A stretch of DNA of 42,806 nt from an uncultured Leptospiraceae bacterium (GTDB lineage Bacteria; Spirochaetota; DYNZ01): NCBI GenBank assembly GCA_964501965.1, contig CAZCVM010000003.1, positions 1 to 42,806 on the forward strand. The letters run 5' to 3'. Below, one piece after another: positions 26,770 to 37,113 of this stretch. The number at the start of each line of letters is the position of its first letter. The first letter of the stretch is position 1. The translations under genes and the position numbers were made by a program. Under the pieces are notes generated by a model. That model was not told the DNA's origin, searched no databases, and was given only the letters and a program-made list of their open reading frames with translations.

Positions 26770-27963
26770 ATGGCAAATGAGAATATGGAAAATTCAGAAC
26801 CAGGTCTAGAACCAGCAGAAAAGAATCGTCATACTTCATACAAAAAAACACAAGATATGGAAACGATTATTCGGGTCATTAATGAGAAGTTTTTGAAAAA
26901 GAAATTGACTATACAATTGGCTACTTTGAGCCCTAAATACGCTCATATTATTTCTTTTGATGATACCGGTATGATTATTCAATTTGACAATTTTGTTCCG
27001 CCTGTGGGGGGGCTTTTGCTTTCCGGTTTTATCAATGATTTTTATACAGAGCTTGGGATTGAGGTAATAAACAATAAAGAGGGCAATCTTTTTTTGTGTA
27101 AGCCCAAATTGCTTCGTATTGCGTCGCAAAAACGTATGGATGAAAGATTTGTGATTGATAATGCTGATCTTATTTATGTCAACAAAATACGTATTGCCAA
27201 AGCGGATTTGGATTTCTCTGGTAAAAATCTTCCAGTATCATACAAAATTCTCTTGCAGCAGTTTCAGCAGGAAAATCATGATTTGGGAGATAAAGTGCAA
27301 ATTGCAAGTTTTGGCGATGTCAAAGAAGATATTTATAATAAGGTATTTAAGACCGGCAAAACATTTTATATAAGCAATATTGATGATAATGAAAATTATC
27401 AGCAAAATCTTGATAATGATGAATTTCTTTCATTGGAGGAAGCTGGAAGCAATTGGGAAAAAATGAGCAAAGAATTAAGCAATCACAATCGTAAAGGTTG
27501 GCTTATTTCGCCCATTCTTACAGATAACGCAGACGGAGCCTGGATACCTTTAGGTTTTGTAGAAATTGTGAACAATACGCCGATTACAACCGATACGCTG
27601 ATGACCATAAAAGCTTTGTCTTTTAAAATTTTGGATAAAATAAAATCCATGAACTTGATGGAAGTCAAAGAAAGACAAAAAGTAATTGATGTTTCCCGTA
27701 CAGGAATACGTTTGGAAGTAGAAAATCAAAAGTTGATTGATGCTATTTTACGGCGCAGAGAAATGATATTTGATATTATTATGAAAATGCAAGCACCTAT
27801 TACCATACAGGGATGGATACGGGCTACAAAAATATTGGACAATGGCAAATTGCATGTTGGCTTAAAAATTCAGGGAGAAAACAACAGACAAAATCAAATG
27901 AAAAGATATATTCATTTTATTAATGAATTATCCCAAAAAGCCAGACAAACCGGCAAAGATTGA
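26770..27963 (+). CDS. DUF1577-like protein with split PilZ-type motifs
   Basis: RMDERF (RxxxR) and DVSRTG (DxSxxG) flank a GAF-like insert; architecture recalled from Leptospira DUF1577 proteins. Confidence 0.7.
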   Translation: MANENMENSEPGLEPAEKNRHTSYKKTQDMETIIRVINEKFLKKKLTIQLATLSPKYAHIISFDDTGMIIQFDNFVPPVGGLLLSGFINDFYTELGIEVINNKEGNLFLCKPKLLRIASQKRMDERFVIDNADLIYVNKIRIAKADLDFSGKNLPVSYKILLQQFQQENHDLGDKVQIASFGDVKEDIYNKVFKTGKTFYISNIDDNENYQQNLDNDEFLSLEEAGSNWEKMSKELSNHNRKGWLISPILTDNADGAWIPLGFVEIVNNTPITTDTLMTIKALSFKILDKIKSMNLMEVKERQKVIDVSRTGIRLEVENQKLIDAILRRREMIFDIIMKMQAPITIQGWIRATKILDNGKLHVGLKIQGENNRQNQMKRYIHFINELSQKARQTGKD

Positions 27964-28011
27964 AATTGTTGTAATGTCACAATTTAGTAGTATAATCATA
28001 TAGATGTATAG

Positions 28012-28803
28012 ATGGAAGTAAATGTTTTTGATATAGAACCGCATAGAATTGTGAGCATCGCAGGGGATGTGGATTTGTACAATGTCTCAGAATTGAAAGA
28101 TGCTTTGTATCAGGCGATAGAAGAAGATGTGCAAAGCCTAGTTGTGGATATGAAAAATATTTTTTATATGGACTCTTCCGGCATTGGCTCGCTTTTGGGT
28201 GCACACAAAAGAATGAAAAGAAAAGGTGGCCGTTTTAGTTTAGTCAATATGCAAAAGGAGACTCGTGAAGTTTTTCGATTGGCTTCTTTACACAATTTTT
28301 TTAACATTTACCAGGACATAGATGACAATTATTTAGCTATTCCAGCCTATGGGGTAGAGGCGGAACCACTGCCGGTGGTCAAAAAAAATGAAAATATTGA
28401 AACGGATCAGCAAATGCAGGTTGCAGAAGAGCGAGTCATTTTTAAAGGCTGGGTGGATGACAATACTTTTCGCGTGCCAGTAGACGGCTTTCCCAATTCC
28501 ATGACAACAGATATCTGGGCTAGAAAAATTGAAGCCAAACAAGACGCATTGGAACGGGCACACAATATCACTCTGGAATACTTTGTGCGCTATTGTAAAA
28601 GCAGAACATGGGTAGTTTTTAACAATTATCGCCGTGATGTCTATGCCAAATATTCTTCTATTGTTTCAAAGGGGATAGCGAAAATCACGAAATTTGACTC
28701 TATGCAAAATTGTACTATTATTTTTGAAGTGCAAAGTGCCGGTTTGAGACTCGAAGTTTTGGAAGTACCTAAAAGCACGAAGTTGACAAGCAAAACCATC
28801 TAG
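28012..28803 (+). CDS. STAS anti-sigma antagonist domain fused to an uncharacterised C-terminal domain
   Basis: GDVDLY...YMDSSGIG with the canonical phospho-Ser, followed by ~150 extra residues. Confidence 0.85.
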   Translation: MEVNVFDIEPHRIVSIAGDVDLYNVSELKDALYQAIEEDVQSLVVDMKNIFYMDSSGIGSLLGAHKRMKRKGGRFSLVNMQKETREVFRLASLHNFFNIYQDIDDNYLAIPAYGVEAEPLPVVKKNENIETDQQMQVAEERVIFKGWVDDNTFRVPVDGFPNSMTTDIWARKIEAKQDALERAHNITLEYFVRYCKSRTWVVFNNYRRDVYAKYSSIVSKGIAKITKFDSMQNCTIIFEVQSAGLRLEVLEVPKSTKLTSKTI

Positions 28804-28843
28804 GCCCAAAGCCAGTATTATTTACCACGTTAGAAGGAATAAT

Positions 28844-29257
28844 GTGAAACAAAAATTGTCACAAAGAGTACGCCCCCTGCGTGGATTAAGTCTGGTAGAA
28901 GTATTGTTTACTGTGGTTTTGATATCCATTTCTTTGATGACCTTGATACAGGGTATAAGTCAAGGATTGCAAGCCCTGGCTGCTTCAGAAAAGATGGCTT
29001 TGGCAGCTACATTGGCTCGTCAGAAAATGACTGAATTGGAGATTTACAATTTTCAAATTGGAGCTAGAACATCCGGAGTTTTTGAACATCATAAAGATTT
29101 TCGATGGAAAGTGGAAATCGGTGATCCGGATTTATCTGATGCGAAAGATTTTGCTATATCACAAGTGGATTTGTATATTTTGTGGGATGAAAACAATAGA
29201 GAAAGAAAAATCCGTGTCACTACCTATGCTGCCAAAATTCAAAAACTACAGGAATAA
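28844..29257 (+). CDS. Prepilin-type minor pseudopilin, GspI-like
   Basis: Basic leader, G|LSLVEVL class III signal with Glu+5 and a hydrophobic helix; FRWKVEI in the globular part. Confidence 0.75.
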   Translation: MKQKLSQRVRPLRGLSLVEVLFTVVLISISLMTLIQGISQGLQALAASEKMALAATLARQKMTELEIYNFQIGARTSGVFEHHKDFRWKVEIGDPDLSDAKDFAISQVDLYILWDENNRERKIRVTTYAAKIQKLQE

Positions 29258-29921
29258 AAATAATTTGTTAAGCAAATCAAATGCTTTTGGTCTTTTTGAG
29301 ATATTGATGGCGATGTCCATTGTTTCTGTGGTAATGGTAACCATTTACGTAAGTTTCAGCAATAGCCTGACCATTATACAGTCCAGTACAGCACGCGCTT
29401 TAAGTGCTCGCAAGCATAGTATTTTGTACAAAATCGTAGAGCGTGATTTACAAAATATTTTTTATACTCAGGATAACAAATTGCGTTATCTTTTGATAAC
29501 TGAGAACAATCGAAATGCTGACTCTGCTTCTGATCGGATAGACTTTATTTCTATTTTTCCTCAAATGAGCTCCTTTGCACCCAATTCTACTTTACGTGAA
29601 ATTAGTTACTTCTTAAAAGAAAAGGGCATTGGTGAACATGGCGAGGTGCTTTACAGACTTGTGCGCCGCGAACAGTTTGGCGTGGATCAAGAACCTGCCA
29701 AAGGCGGTACATTGTCCATTTTAGCTGATGATGTTTTGTCGCTCAAAATAGAAGCTACCATGGGAGTTGCCCGAGATAAATGGGAGCGCAAATGGGATTA
29801 TCGTTTGAAAAATACTTATCCGAAAGCTATACGGGTGCAGATAAAATTTTTGAAAAAAAATTTACCTCCAGGCCATGAACAAATCGAAGTGTTGGGACTT
29901 TTGCGGCAGGACAAACCCTAA
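29226..29921 (+). CDS. Prepilin-type minor pseudopilin, GspJ-like
   Basis: A|FGLFEILMAM signal, ERDLQN, EISYFL, LVRRE, W..KW...YPKAIRV. Start moved from the track's 29058 to ATG 29226. Confidence 0.8.
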   Translation: MLPKFKNYRNKNNLLSKSNAFGLFEILMAMSIVSVVMVTIYVSFSNSLTIIQSSTARALSARKHSILYKIVERDLQNIFYTQDNKLRYLLITENNRNADSASDRIDFISIFPQMSSFAPNSTLREISYFLKEKGIGEHGEVLYRLVRREQFGVDQEPAKGGTLSILADDVLSLKIEATMGVARDKWERKWDYRLKNTYPKAIRVQIKFLKKNLPPGHEQIEVLGLLRQDKP

Positions 29922-29950
29922 GAATCATTGTTTATTGTCTATTAAATACG

Positions 29951-31621
29951 TTAGTGAGATTTTTTATTTAGGCGATCAAAGATTTTTTCGGACGCTAGCG
30001 ATTCTTTGATCATGTCTTTAGTGTGAATCAATATTTGTTGGGAAGTCTTGCTGATTTTTTCTATACCAGCTACCATTTCATGTACATTGTCTGACACTTT
30101 TTCAATAGCAGAAACACTTTGTTCCAATGCCTGGCTTTGTTCTGCGGAAGATGCATGAATCACCTCCGCCAATTTGGATGTTTGATCTGTATGGTTAGCA
30201 AAAATACGGATATGGTTTTCTTCCAACAATAGGCTTTGTTGAAGCATTTCCAGTTTTTCCGAGCTTTTTTCCATGTCATGGATCATTTCCCATATCAATT
30301 GCGTGGTTTCCTGGATAGAATCTACTCCCTTTGCAGTGCTATGTTGATTTTGGGTTAAGACTGTTTCAATTTTTTTTACGCCGTCTGTTGTCTGCATAGC
30401 CAATTTACCAACTTCGTCCGCAACCACGGCAAAGCCCCGGCCTGCTTCGCCCGCTCTGGCTGCTTCAATAGCGGCGTTGAGAGACAAAAGATTGATCTTG
30501 TCCGCGATTTCAATGATCAGAGCAATGGCTTCTGTGATGCCTTTGCTTTGGCCGGCAATGGTTGTCATATTTTTTTCAATCAACGAAAGACTGTCTTTAC
30601 CTGTACTCGATTTGGACAAAGTGCGTTCTACACCCAATTGGGTCGCACCAAGATTTTCTGATGTATCTTTTTTCAGCATTTGGAATTCTTGCATGGTTTC
30701 TTCTAATGTTACATTTGCTTTAAGCTGCTTTTGGGCCATATTACTCATTCCTTCCGCAGCACTTTGCAACTCTTCTATTGTGGCAGACATTTGTTCAAAT
30801 GTGGATGATTGCTGGTCTATCTTATCTCGAAATTTATGAATAATAATATCTTGGTTTTCCAATAGCTCCATTAGTTTTTGCACTTTGTTTTGTACGGTAT
30901 TTTTTGTTCGTTCTTGAACAAGCATTTGCCTGTGCAGTTTTTTATTGTGCTGTTCATTTTCCTTGTTAAATTCAATGGCGATATGGATATTGCGGTAACC
31001 GATAATAGCAATGATAACCAATGCTATTAAAAAATATATTTCTCGCAAGAAAACATAGCCATGGTTTACTTGACCATTGACAATGGTTCCGGCCATTTCT
31101 ACCCCGTTACTGTGTGCGACAGCCAAAAAGAATATCCAATGTGCAAAAATGAATGTTGCCAGTGTGATAAACAGCTTTTTGTTGTAAAAAAATTGTAAGG
31201 CAATGACCATGGTGAGGGTGATAGCGGATAAATGATATGATTGTATACCGTATATCCAATCATAAGTATTTACGTATTGCCAGCGTACCAAATTGGGCAT
31301 AATAATGGACCAAATGCCTACAATCCATTCTAAAATATGAGCGGACTGGCGTTTCTTTTTTTTTCGGTAAATAAAGAAAGCTATGACCGCGCTAAAAGAA
31401 TTGATTGTAAAACTTGTTGCGATAAGTGCCGCGTCAATTCCGGCCAAAATTTGGAATATGACAGCAATGATAATTAAAATAATGATGATTGTTAAGTAGA
31501 ATAAAGATCCTCGAAGGAGCAACCGGTCCCAGGGACTAAATTCTTTGATATATAAGTTTTTCAATGCAATCCTTCTATTGTGTTTATTTTTTAATCGCTG
31601 GACGCCCAAAAAATACGCCAC
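29951..31621 (-). CDS. Methyl-accepting chemotaxis protein with multi-TM N-terminal sensor
   Basis: [37 protein letters not shown] hairpin tip; ~6 TM segments. Start uncertain. Confidence 0.95.
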   Translation of the reverse strand: MAYFLGVQRLKNKHNRRIALKNLYIKEFSPWDRLLLRGSLFYLTIIIILIIIAVIFQILAGIDAALIATSFTINSFSAVIAFFIYRKKKKRQSAHILEWIVGIWSIIMPNLVRWQYVNTYDWIYGIQSYHLSAITLTMVIALQFFYNKKLFITLATFIFAHWIFFLAVAHSNGVEMAGTIVNGQVNHGYVFLREIYFLIALVIIAIIGYRNIHIAIEFNKENEQHNKKLHRQMLVQERTKNTVQNKVQKLMELLENQDIIIHKFRDKIDQQSSTFEQMSATIEELQSAAEGMSNMAQKQLKANVTLEETMQEFQMLKKDTSENLGATQLGVERTLSKSSTGKDSLSLIEKNMTTIAGQSKGITEAIALIIEIADKINLLSLNAAIEAARAGEAGRGFAVVADEVGKLAMQTTDGVKKIETVLTQNQHSTAKGVDSIQETTQLIWEMIHDMEKSSEKLEMLQQSLLLEENHIRIFANHTDQTSKLAEVIHASSAEQSQALEQSVSAIEKVSDNVHEMVAGIEKISKTSQQILIHTKDMIKESLASEKIFDRLNKKSH

Positions 31622-32139
31622 CAGATACCGAGTGGTGTGATCAAACCGCTGTCCTGGCTTTTGATGTTGCCATTTTTATTTATAAAATAAGTGGTGGGGT
31701 AACTGCTAATCCGGTATTTTTTTGCCAGCTCGTTGTTGCCCAATAAGACAGGAAATTGGATATCTTTTTGCTGGATGATTTTTTTGACTTGGTGAATATT
31801 TTCTTTGTCAATCAATATGGTTAAAAAAATAGTATTTGGATTCTCCCCAGACAAACCAAATTTGTATGTCCAATTGAGAAACGGAATATTTGTTTTGCAA
31901 ACTGGACACCAGGTTGCCCAAAAATATAGTACCACTTTTTTGCCGCGAAACTGTTGTAAAACATATTTCTTGCCGTCCACTGAGTTGAGTTCAAAATTTG
32001 GTGCTAGGGAGCCACTGGGAACCAGGTCTTTAGTTTTCCAGGCGGTGACAAGCCCAAAAATAATCATCACAAAAGCAATATTGCCTATCCAGCTCAGGTA
32101 ACGACGTTTTTTGGGTGTTTTGTTTTTTTTAATTTTCAT
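31591..32139 (-). CDS. TlpA/ResA-family thiol-disulfide oxidoreductase
   Basis: N-terminal anchor, [22 protein letters not shown]. Confidence 0.92.
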   Translation of the reverse strand: MKIKKNKTPKKRRYLSWIGNIAFVMIIFGLVTAWKTKDLVPSGSLAPNFELNSVDGKKYVLQQFRGKKVVLYFWATWCPVCKTNIPFLNWTYKFGLSGENPNTIFLTILIDKENIHQVKKIIQQKDIQFPVLLGNNELAKKYRISSYPTTYFINKNGNIKSQDSGLITPLGIWWRIFWASSD

Positions 32140-32215
32140 ACATTCCTATTTTTATTTGTCTTTATGAGCTTTTAATTAAAAAATGAAAAATATCCAATTT
32201 ATTTATATTATTAAT

Positions 32216-34057
32216 TTATGAATTTTGGATATATTGTTTTTGTTCAAGTTGTTCAATGTATTTGCCAATTCGCTCCGGTGACAAGAATTTTTTGATTTTT
32301 CTTGTATCTTTGCGCAAATCAACCACAGTTATTCGATTGACTTTTTTACCATAACCATTGTAAAGTATTTGTACTCGGGGCGAAAGCGGAAAATTTGCAG
32401 AAGGGTTTTCTATGGAACAAAGATCATTGCCCTCAATAACTACATAATCTCCTTTATTGTAAAAAGGTATCCCATGCATAAAATGCATGGCTAGTTTATT
32501 GACAAACAAAGTGACCATATTCAGATCCAGCAAGGTATCTGACGCATTGACCAATCCTTTTAATGCGTCGCTTATTCTGTTTATATCTTGGGCCGGGCGG
32601 CGAGAATTTTGGATGAGAGTATCAAATATTTCAAGTATTCCAATCCATTTGGGAGAACTGGGTAGACCATCATAAGGCAAGCGCGTGGGATAACCCTTGT
32701 CATCGTAGCGCTCATGGTGAAACAATAAGCATTGTTTGGTTATGTCAGAATATTGAACCGGATCATTTTTTTCTTGATCCAAAGTTAAGTTTTGCTTTTT
32801 TTCATGGTTTTGCAGCATTTCATAACCGCGTTGAGGGTGGGAGCTGTATTCTAGTTTTTCATCTTTGGTCATGTCTTTTGAATTCTTTTGCAGGATATTT
32901 GTTTTTATCTTTAGCATTCCAATGTCATGCAACAAAGCTCCTAAGAAAAAATCAGCAGCTTTTTTTTCAAAAACAGTTTCATCTTGATATTGAAAGCCTA
33001 GGTCGTTTTTCAATTGGAGTATTAATAGCAATGAAAAAAGCGCGAGATTTATACTGTGCTGATAAATTCCCTGGTCTTTTTCCAGCAAATCATTCATAAG
33101 TTTTTCAGTATTTTGGTAATATTTTTCCCGAATTTGTTCGAGCAGACTGTGATTGATTTGTTTGAATAATTGCAAACTTTTCAGGGCTGGATTGGAACAT
33201 CCTTCCAGTAATTTTTGAAAGAATGATTTTTGAGCAGAGTTCCAGGGAAAAGAATCAACATTTGCTTGGGTCAATTTGATTTTGATTTTTTGCAGAAGTT
33301 TCAATGTTGCAAAGTCTTCATCAGACAAGTGGCGGCCTTTTGCAAAAATTAGATTCCCATGCATATCCGCACTATCCATGGGAATTGTATTGCCAGAATT
33401 GAAACTGTGGGCAGAAACATTCCAAAGGCCAGAATCGGAACCAATTTTTATTTGATTGGAGATGGCCAAGAAAAAATTGTCAATATAGTCAAATGCCAAT
33501 TTGCGTCCATCTGAAATGATTTTGTTTTTGGCAAATATTATGTTGCCTTGTTCGTCTGTGATAGAGAATGTATAACTGTTTGATGCTTCAATGCTTTGGT
33601 AGTTTATCGGATTGAGGGAGTAATTGGACAAATCAAGGCTTTCAAATTCATACATATAATGTATTTGTTTTAGGAATTTGTATCCATATAAAAAAGAGGC
33701 ATTGACCCGCGTTTCTTTTTCCAGCAAAATATGGCCTTGTTCGTCCAGCAAAGCAAAAGGATATATCGCACCTTCCTGAATTTTGGACAAATCTATTTGT
33801 TTGCTTTTGGTTTGATCCAAAGTAATTTTTTTTGATGGCAATATATAAAAAATATCCTCTTCGATCTGGGTTTTTTCCATATTGCCCATGGTAACAAATG
33901 CACCGGCCTTTATTATTATTTCTCCTTTTTTATTTACAATATTGTATGGGAAAGAGACATGGGGCTTGATCATGTCCAGAGATAAGGGTTGAAGCTTTGC
34001 AGTATCGGATTGGTTGCGGCTATTGTTGCTTTCCATGTTTGATGCTTTATCTGCCAT
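32216..34057 (-). CDS. HD-GYP domain protein (putative cyclic-dinucleotide phosphodiesterase)
   Basis: HSIN, LLHDIG, HPQRGY, HHERYDDKGYP; repeated N-terminal modules. Confidence 0.9.
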   Translation of the reverse strand: MADKASNMESNNSRNQSDTAKLQPLSLDMIKPHVSFPYNIVNKKGEIIIKAGAFVTMGNMEKTQIEEDIFYILPSKKITLDQTKSKQIDLSKIQEGAIYPFALLDEQGHILLEKETRVNASFLYGYKFLKQIHYMYEFESLDLSNYSLNPINYQSIEASNSYTFSITDEQGNIIFAKNKIISDGRKLAFDYIDNFFLAISNQIKIGSDSGLWNVSAHSFNSGNTIPMDSADMHGNLIFAKGRHLSDEDFATLKLLQKIKIKLTQANVDSFPWNSAQKSFFQKLLEGCSNPALKSLQLFKQINHSLLEQIREKYYQNTEKLMNDLLEKDQGIYQHSINLALFSLLLILQLKNDLGFQYQDETVFEKKAADFFLGALLHDIGMLKIKTNILQKNSKDMTKDEKLEYSSHPQRGYEMLQNHEKKQNLTLDQEKNDPVQYSDITKQCLLFHHERYDDKGYPTRLPYDGLPSSPKWIGILEIFDTLIQNSRRPAQDINRISDALKGLVNASDTLLDLNMVTLFVNKLAMHFMHGIPFYNKGDYVVIEGNDLCSIENPSANFPLSPRVQILYNGYGKKVNRITVVDLRKDTRKIKKFLSPERIGKYIEQLEQKQYIQNS

Positions 34058-34243
34058 GTTTATTTTATTATATTTCGGTGAGATTGGGCTGTATTCTTAA
34101 ACCTGTAAAGTTTATTTTTCGATTTTTATTATTTTTTGTGTTTTCAAAACAATACCCAATTTGCCATTTACATCCATGGTCAGGGTATAAACTAACTTTA
34201 TTGTAATAAAATATTTTTTATATTCTTATTAAAAGGAACAAGC

Positions 34244-35449
34244 ATGAACAACAGGAAACATTTTTTGGCTGCTTTGGATTTTTTTTCATTATTTATTTAT
34301 GGATTGATCATAGCAGTGGTAGGACCTATTTTGGATATTTTGCAGCAATCTTTTCAGGTCAACGCGGCTACTGTGGGCTTACTGTTTACAGGCTTATCTA
34401 TAGGTTTTATCATCTCCGTTTTTTCTGGCATTTTGCTTATTCGCAAATATTCGATGCCTCGTATTCATCGTTATGGCCAAATTGGTATGCTTTTGGGGTT
34501 GATTGGTGTATCCATAAGTCCAAATTTTGGTTTGACTGTTGGTTTTTTTGTATTAATGGGAATAGGTGGAGGGCTCATCCAAATATCCGTCAATGGTAAT
34601 ATACCAGATTTATATCCGGATCATAAAGGAGCAGCCTTAAACATTTTACATTTGTTTTTTGGTCTGGGTGCTTTTGTCGGTCCATTTTTTGCTGCAAATT
34701 ATTTTGCCTGGCACGGTGAATGGCGCGGCATTTTTGGTATTGTCGCGTTTTTGGCACTCATACAGAATTTTTTATTGTTCTTAGCTTATGGTCGGTTGAG
34801 TCATTATCAAAGGCAAAAAAAGCATGACATGCAGCAAAATATTGCCAGTCATCCTCAGTTTAGGAAAGTATTGTCTTATGGATACATCTATTTGCTGATT
34901 ATCGCAGTAGTACTTTATGTGGGCGTGGAAATGGGACTGACTGCATGGATAGTGCTTTATCTTCAGGAGGGGGCGAATATGGGCAAAACGAATGCCAGCG
35001 CGTTTTTAAGTTATTTTTGGTTGGCTATCACTATTGGCAGGTTGATAGTTGCTTATATAAATCGTAAAATTTCTTCTGATATAGTTTTGATAGTATTAAT
35101 AATGATGGGTGGTTCTTCATTGTATTTGTTCATGGTTATGAAGAATCCTGCAATTTTGATCATTTTTATTCTTACGATGGGGCTGGGATTTTCCGCGATT
35201 TTTCCTTCTTTGATGCATTTAGGCGCGGAAGTGTTCCCTCGACATATTCCGGCAATGTCAAATTTATTGCTCATCGCATTGGGTCTTGGGCTTCTGATAT
35301 TTCCCTGGTTAGTGGGAATGATTAAAGAATATTTTTCATTACAAGGCGGTATGTATTTTATGCTTGGGTCTTTTTTATTGCTTTTATTGCTATCATTGAT
35401 AATCATGATACGGTATCGGCATTACCATAAAAAAGGAAGTGTATTGTAA
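34244..35449 (+). CDS. MFS transporter (TsgA/FucP-like)
   Basis: About 12 TM segments; LHLFFGLGAFVGP, YVGVEMG, GFSAIFP. Confidence 0.9.
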   Translation: MNNRKHFLAALDFFSLFIYGLIIAVVGPILDILQQSFQVNAATVGLLFTGLSIGFIISVFSGILLIRKYSMPRIHRYGQIGMLLGLIGVSISPNFGLTVGFFVLMGIGGGLIQISVNGNIPDLYPDHKGAALNILHLFFGLGAFVGPFFAANYFAWHGEWRGIFGIVAFLALIQNFLLFLAYGRLSHYQRQKKHDMQQNIASHPQFRKVLSYGYIYLLIIAVVLYVGVEMGLTAWIVLYLQEGANMGKTNASAFLSYFWLAITIGRLIVAYINRKISSDIVLIVLIMMGGSSLYLFMVMKNPAILIIFILTMGLGFSAIFPSLMHLGAEVFPRHIPAMSNLLLIALGLGLLIFPWLVGMIKEYFSLQGGMYFMLGSFLLLLLLSLIIMIRYRHYHKKGSVL

Positions 35450-35500
35450 ATATGTCATTATTTGCCAGGATTGATTTTTTAAGAAATTTTTTATAAAAAA

Positions 35501-36529
35501 ATGAACCCAATCAAACCGTCAATATTGATTAATAATCCTTTTATAAAGGATGATTCTTTTCTGGATAAAATGAACTATTGGGGCGCAGCAGGTGTTCCTT
35601 TCATTTTTATATTGGATTTTGAATGCTCTGATACTTTGGTTCTCCCTTTGGATATGGCTGCAAAGCATGATATACTATTTGATATAAAAGGTTTCAAGAA
35701 TTTTGAATACAGTAAGAATTATTGGCTCAATATTGATTTAGTGAAAAAACCGGTTTCTTACGAGACTTATCTGAAGGCTTTTCATTTAGTTAAAGAAAAT
35801 GAGGTGCTTGGCAATTCATATCTTGTGAATTTAACTTTTCCTACAGAAGTTGAGGTCAATCTATCTTTACAAGATATTTTTTTCGTAAGTCAGGCTCCTT
35901 ACAAATTATTTTTTCAGAATAAATTCGTTGTTTTTTCACCAGAAACCTTTGTAATTATGAAAGATAATAGAATTTTTTCGTATCCAATGAAGGGAACTAT
36001 TGACGCATCTTTGCCGGGGGCATATAAAAAAATACTCGTTGACCCAAAAGAATCTGCGGAGCATATAACAATAGTAGATCTGATCAGAAATGATTTAAGT
36101 ATGATTTCCAATAAAGTCAAAGTTGAAAAATATCGTTATGTTGATAAAATCTATACAAACGGCAAAAATCTTTTTCAAGTAAGCTCGAAAATTTCGGGCG
36201 AGCTTGTCGGAAACTATCAGAAAAAAATAGGCAATTATTTTGCTTCTGTTTTGCCGGCAGGATCGGTTACGGGAGCTCCCAAAAAAAAGACTTTGGAGAT
36301 TATAAAAAATGCAGAAACGTATTCAAGAGGTTACTATACAGGCGTATTTGGAATTTTTAATGGAGAATATCTTGACAGCGCGGTTATGATACGCTTTATT
36401 GAAAAGGATAATGACAAAATGGTATTCAAAAGCGGTGGGGGGATCACCATCTATAGTGATCCTGAAAAAGAATATAATGAAATGATTGACAAAGTATATG
36501 TGCCTGTTAACAGAAGCAATACGCATTAA
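35501..36529 (+). CDS. pabB: Aminodeoxychorismate synthase component I (short form)
   Basis: YLVNLT, SPETF, PMKGT, EHITIVDLIRNDL, PAGSVTGAPK, RGYYTG, SAVMIR, SGGGIT. Confidence 0.9.
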   Translation: MNPIKPSILINNPFIKDDSFLDKMNYWGAAGVPFIFILDFECSDTLVLPLDMAAKHDILFDIKGFKNFEYSKNYWLNIDLVKKPVSYETYLKAFHLVKENEVLGNSYLVNLTFPTEVEVNLSLQDIFFVSQAPYKLFFQNKFVVFSPETFVIMKDNRIFSYPMKGTIDASLPGAYKKILVDPKESAEHITIVDLIRNDLSMISNKVKVEKYRYVDKIYTNGKNLFQVSSKISGELVGNYQKKIGNYFASVLPAGSVTGAPKKKTLEIIKNAETYSRGYYTGVFGIFNGEYLDSAVMIRFIEKDNDKMVFKSGGGITIYSDPEKEYNEMIDKVYVPVNRSNTH

Positions 36530-37103
36530 TAATGGAGTCATCGAAAATATTGAGTATCACAATAGAAGACTCAACCAAGCAAGAAGAGCGTTGTTCGGTT
36601 CTACGTGCTTGAATGGCATTATTAAATTGGAAAATTTTATTGACTTAAAAAAGGACTATCAAGATGGTCTATTTAAGTGCAAAATAACTTATAATGAAAC
36701 TATCCAGCAAATAGAAATATCGCCTTATAAAAAACGAAATATTCATAGCTTGAAGTTGATCTACTGTGATACAATAGACTATTCATTTAAGTATTCCAAT
36801 CGAGGTTCAATAATGGCTTTGCTAAACAAAAAAGAAGCATTTGACGATATACTAATTGTCAAAAATGGATTTGTCACAGATACGTCTTTTAGTAATGTCG
36901 TTTTGTATAATGGCAAAGAGTTTATTACTCCGGGCACATGCCTTCTAAGGGGCACGAAAAGGGAGATGCTATTAGAAAAAAAAATCATTACGGCAACCCA
37001 AATTCAGCCTGCTGATCTGAAGCAATATGTTGAGCTTCATTGCATAAATGCCATGCTTGATATCGGTGATAGTGTGATAAAAATTGATGATATCGTTTTA
37101 TAG
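36498..37103 (+). CDS. pabC: Aminotransferase class IV / 4-amino-4-deoxychorismate lyase
   Basis: YHNRRL, YSFKYSNR (PLP Lys), TDTSFSN, LRGTKR; overlaps the pabB 3' end. Start placed at ATG 36498. Confidence 0.8.
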   Translation: MCLLTEAIRINNGVIENIEYHNRRLNQARRALFGSTCLNGIIKLENFIDLKKDYQDGLFKCKITYNETIQQIEISPYKKRNIHSLKLIYCDTIDYSFKYSNRGSIMALLNKKEAFDDILIVKNGFVTDTSFSNVVLYNGKEFITPGTCLLRGTKREMLLEKKIITATQIQPADLKQYVELHCINAMLDIGDSVIKIDDIVL

Positions 37104-37113
37104 TAAAAATGAT

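Noticed and set aside
29058-29225. N-terminal extension of the GspJ-like ORF in the track
   Set aside because: It overlaps the GspI-like gene; the prepilin signal indicates a start near 29226.
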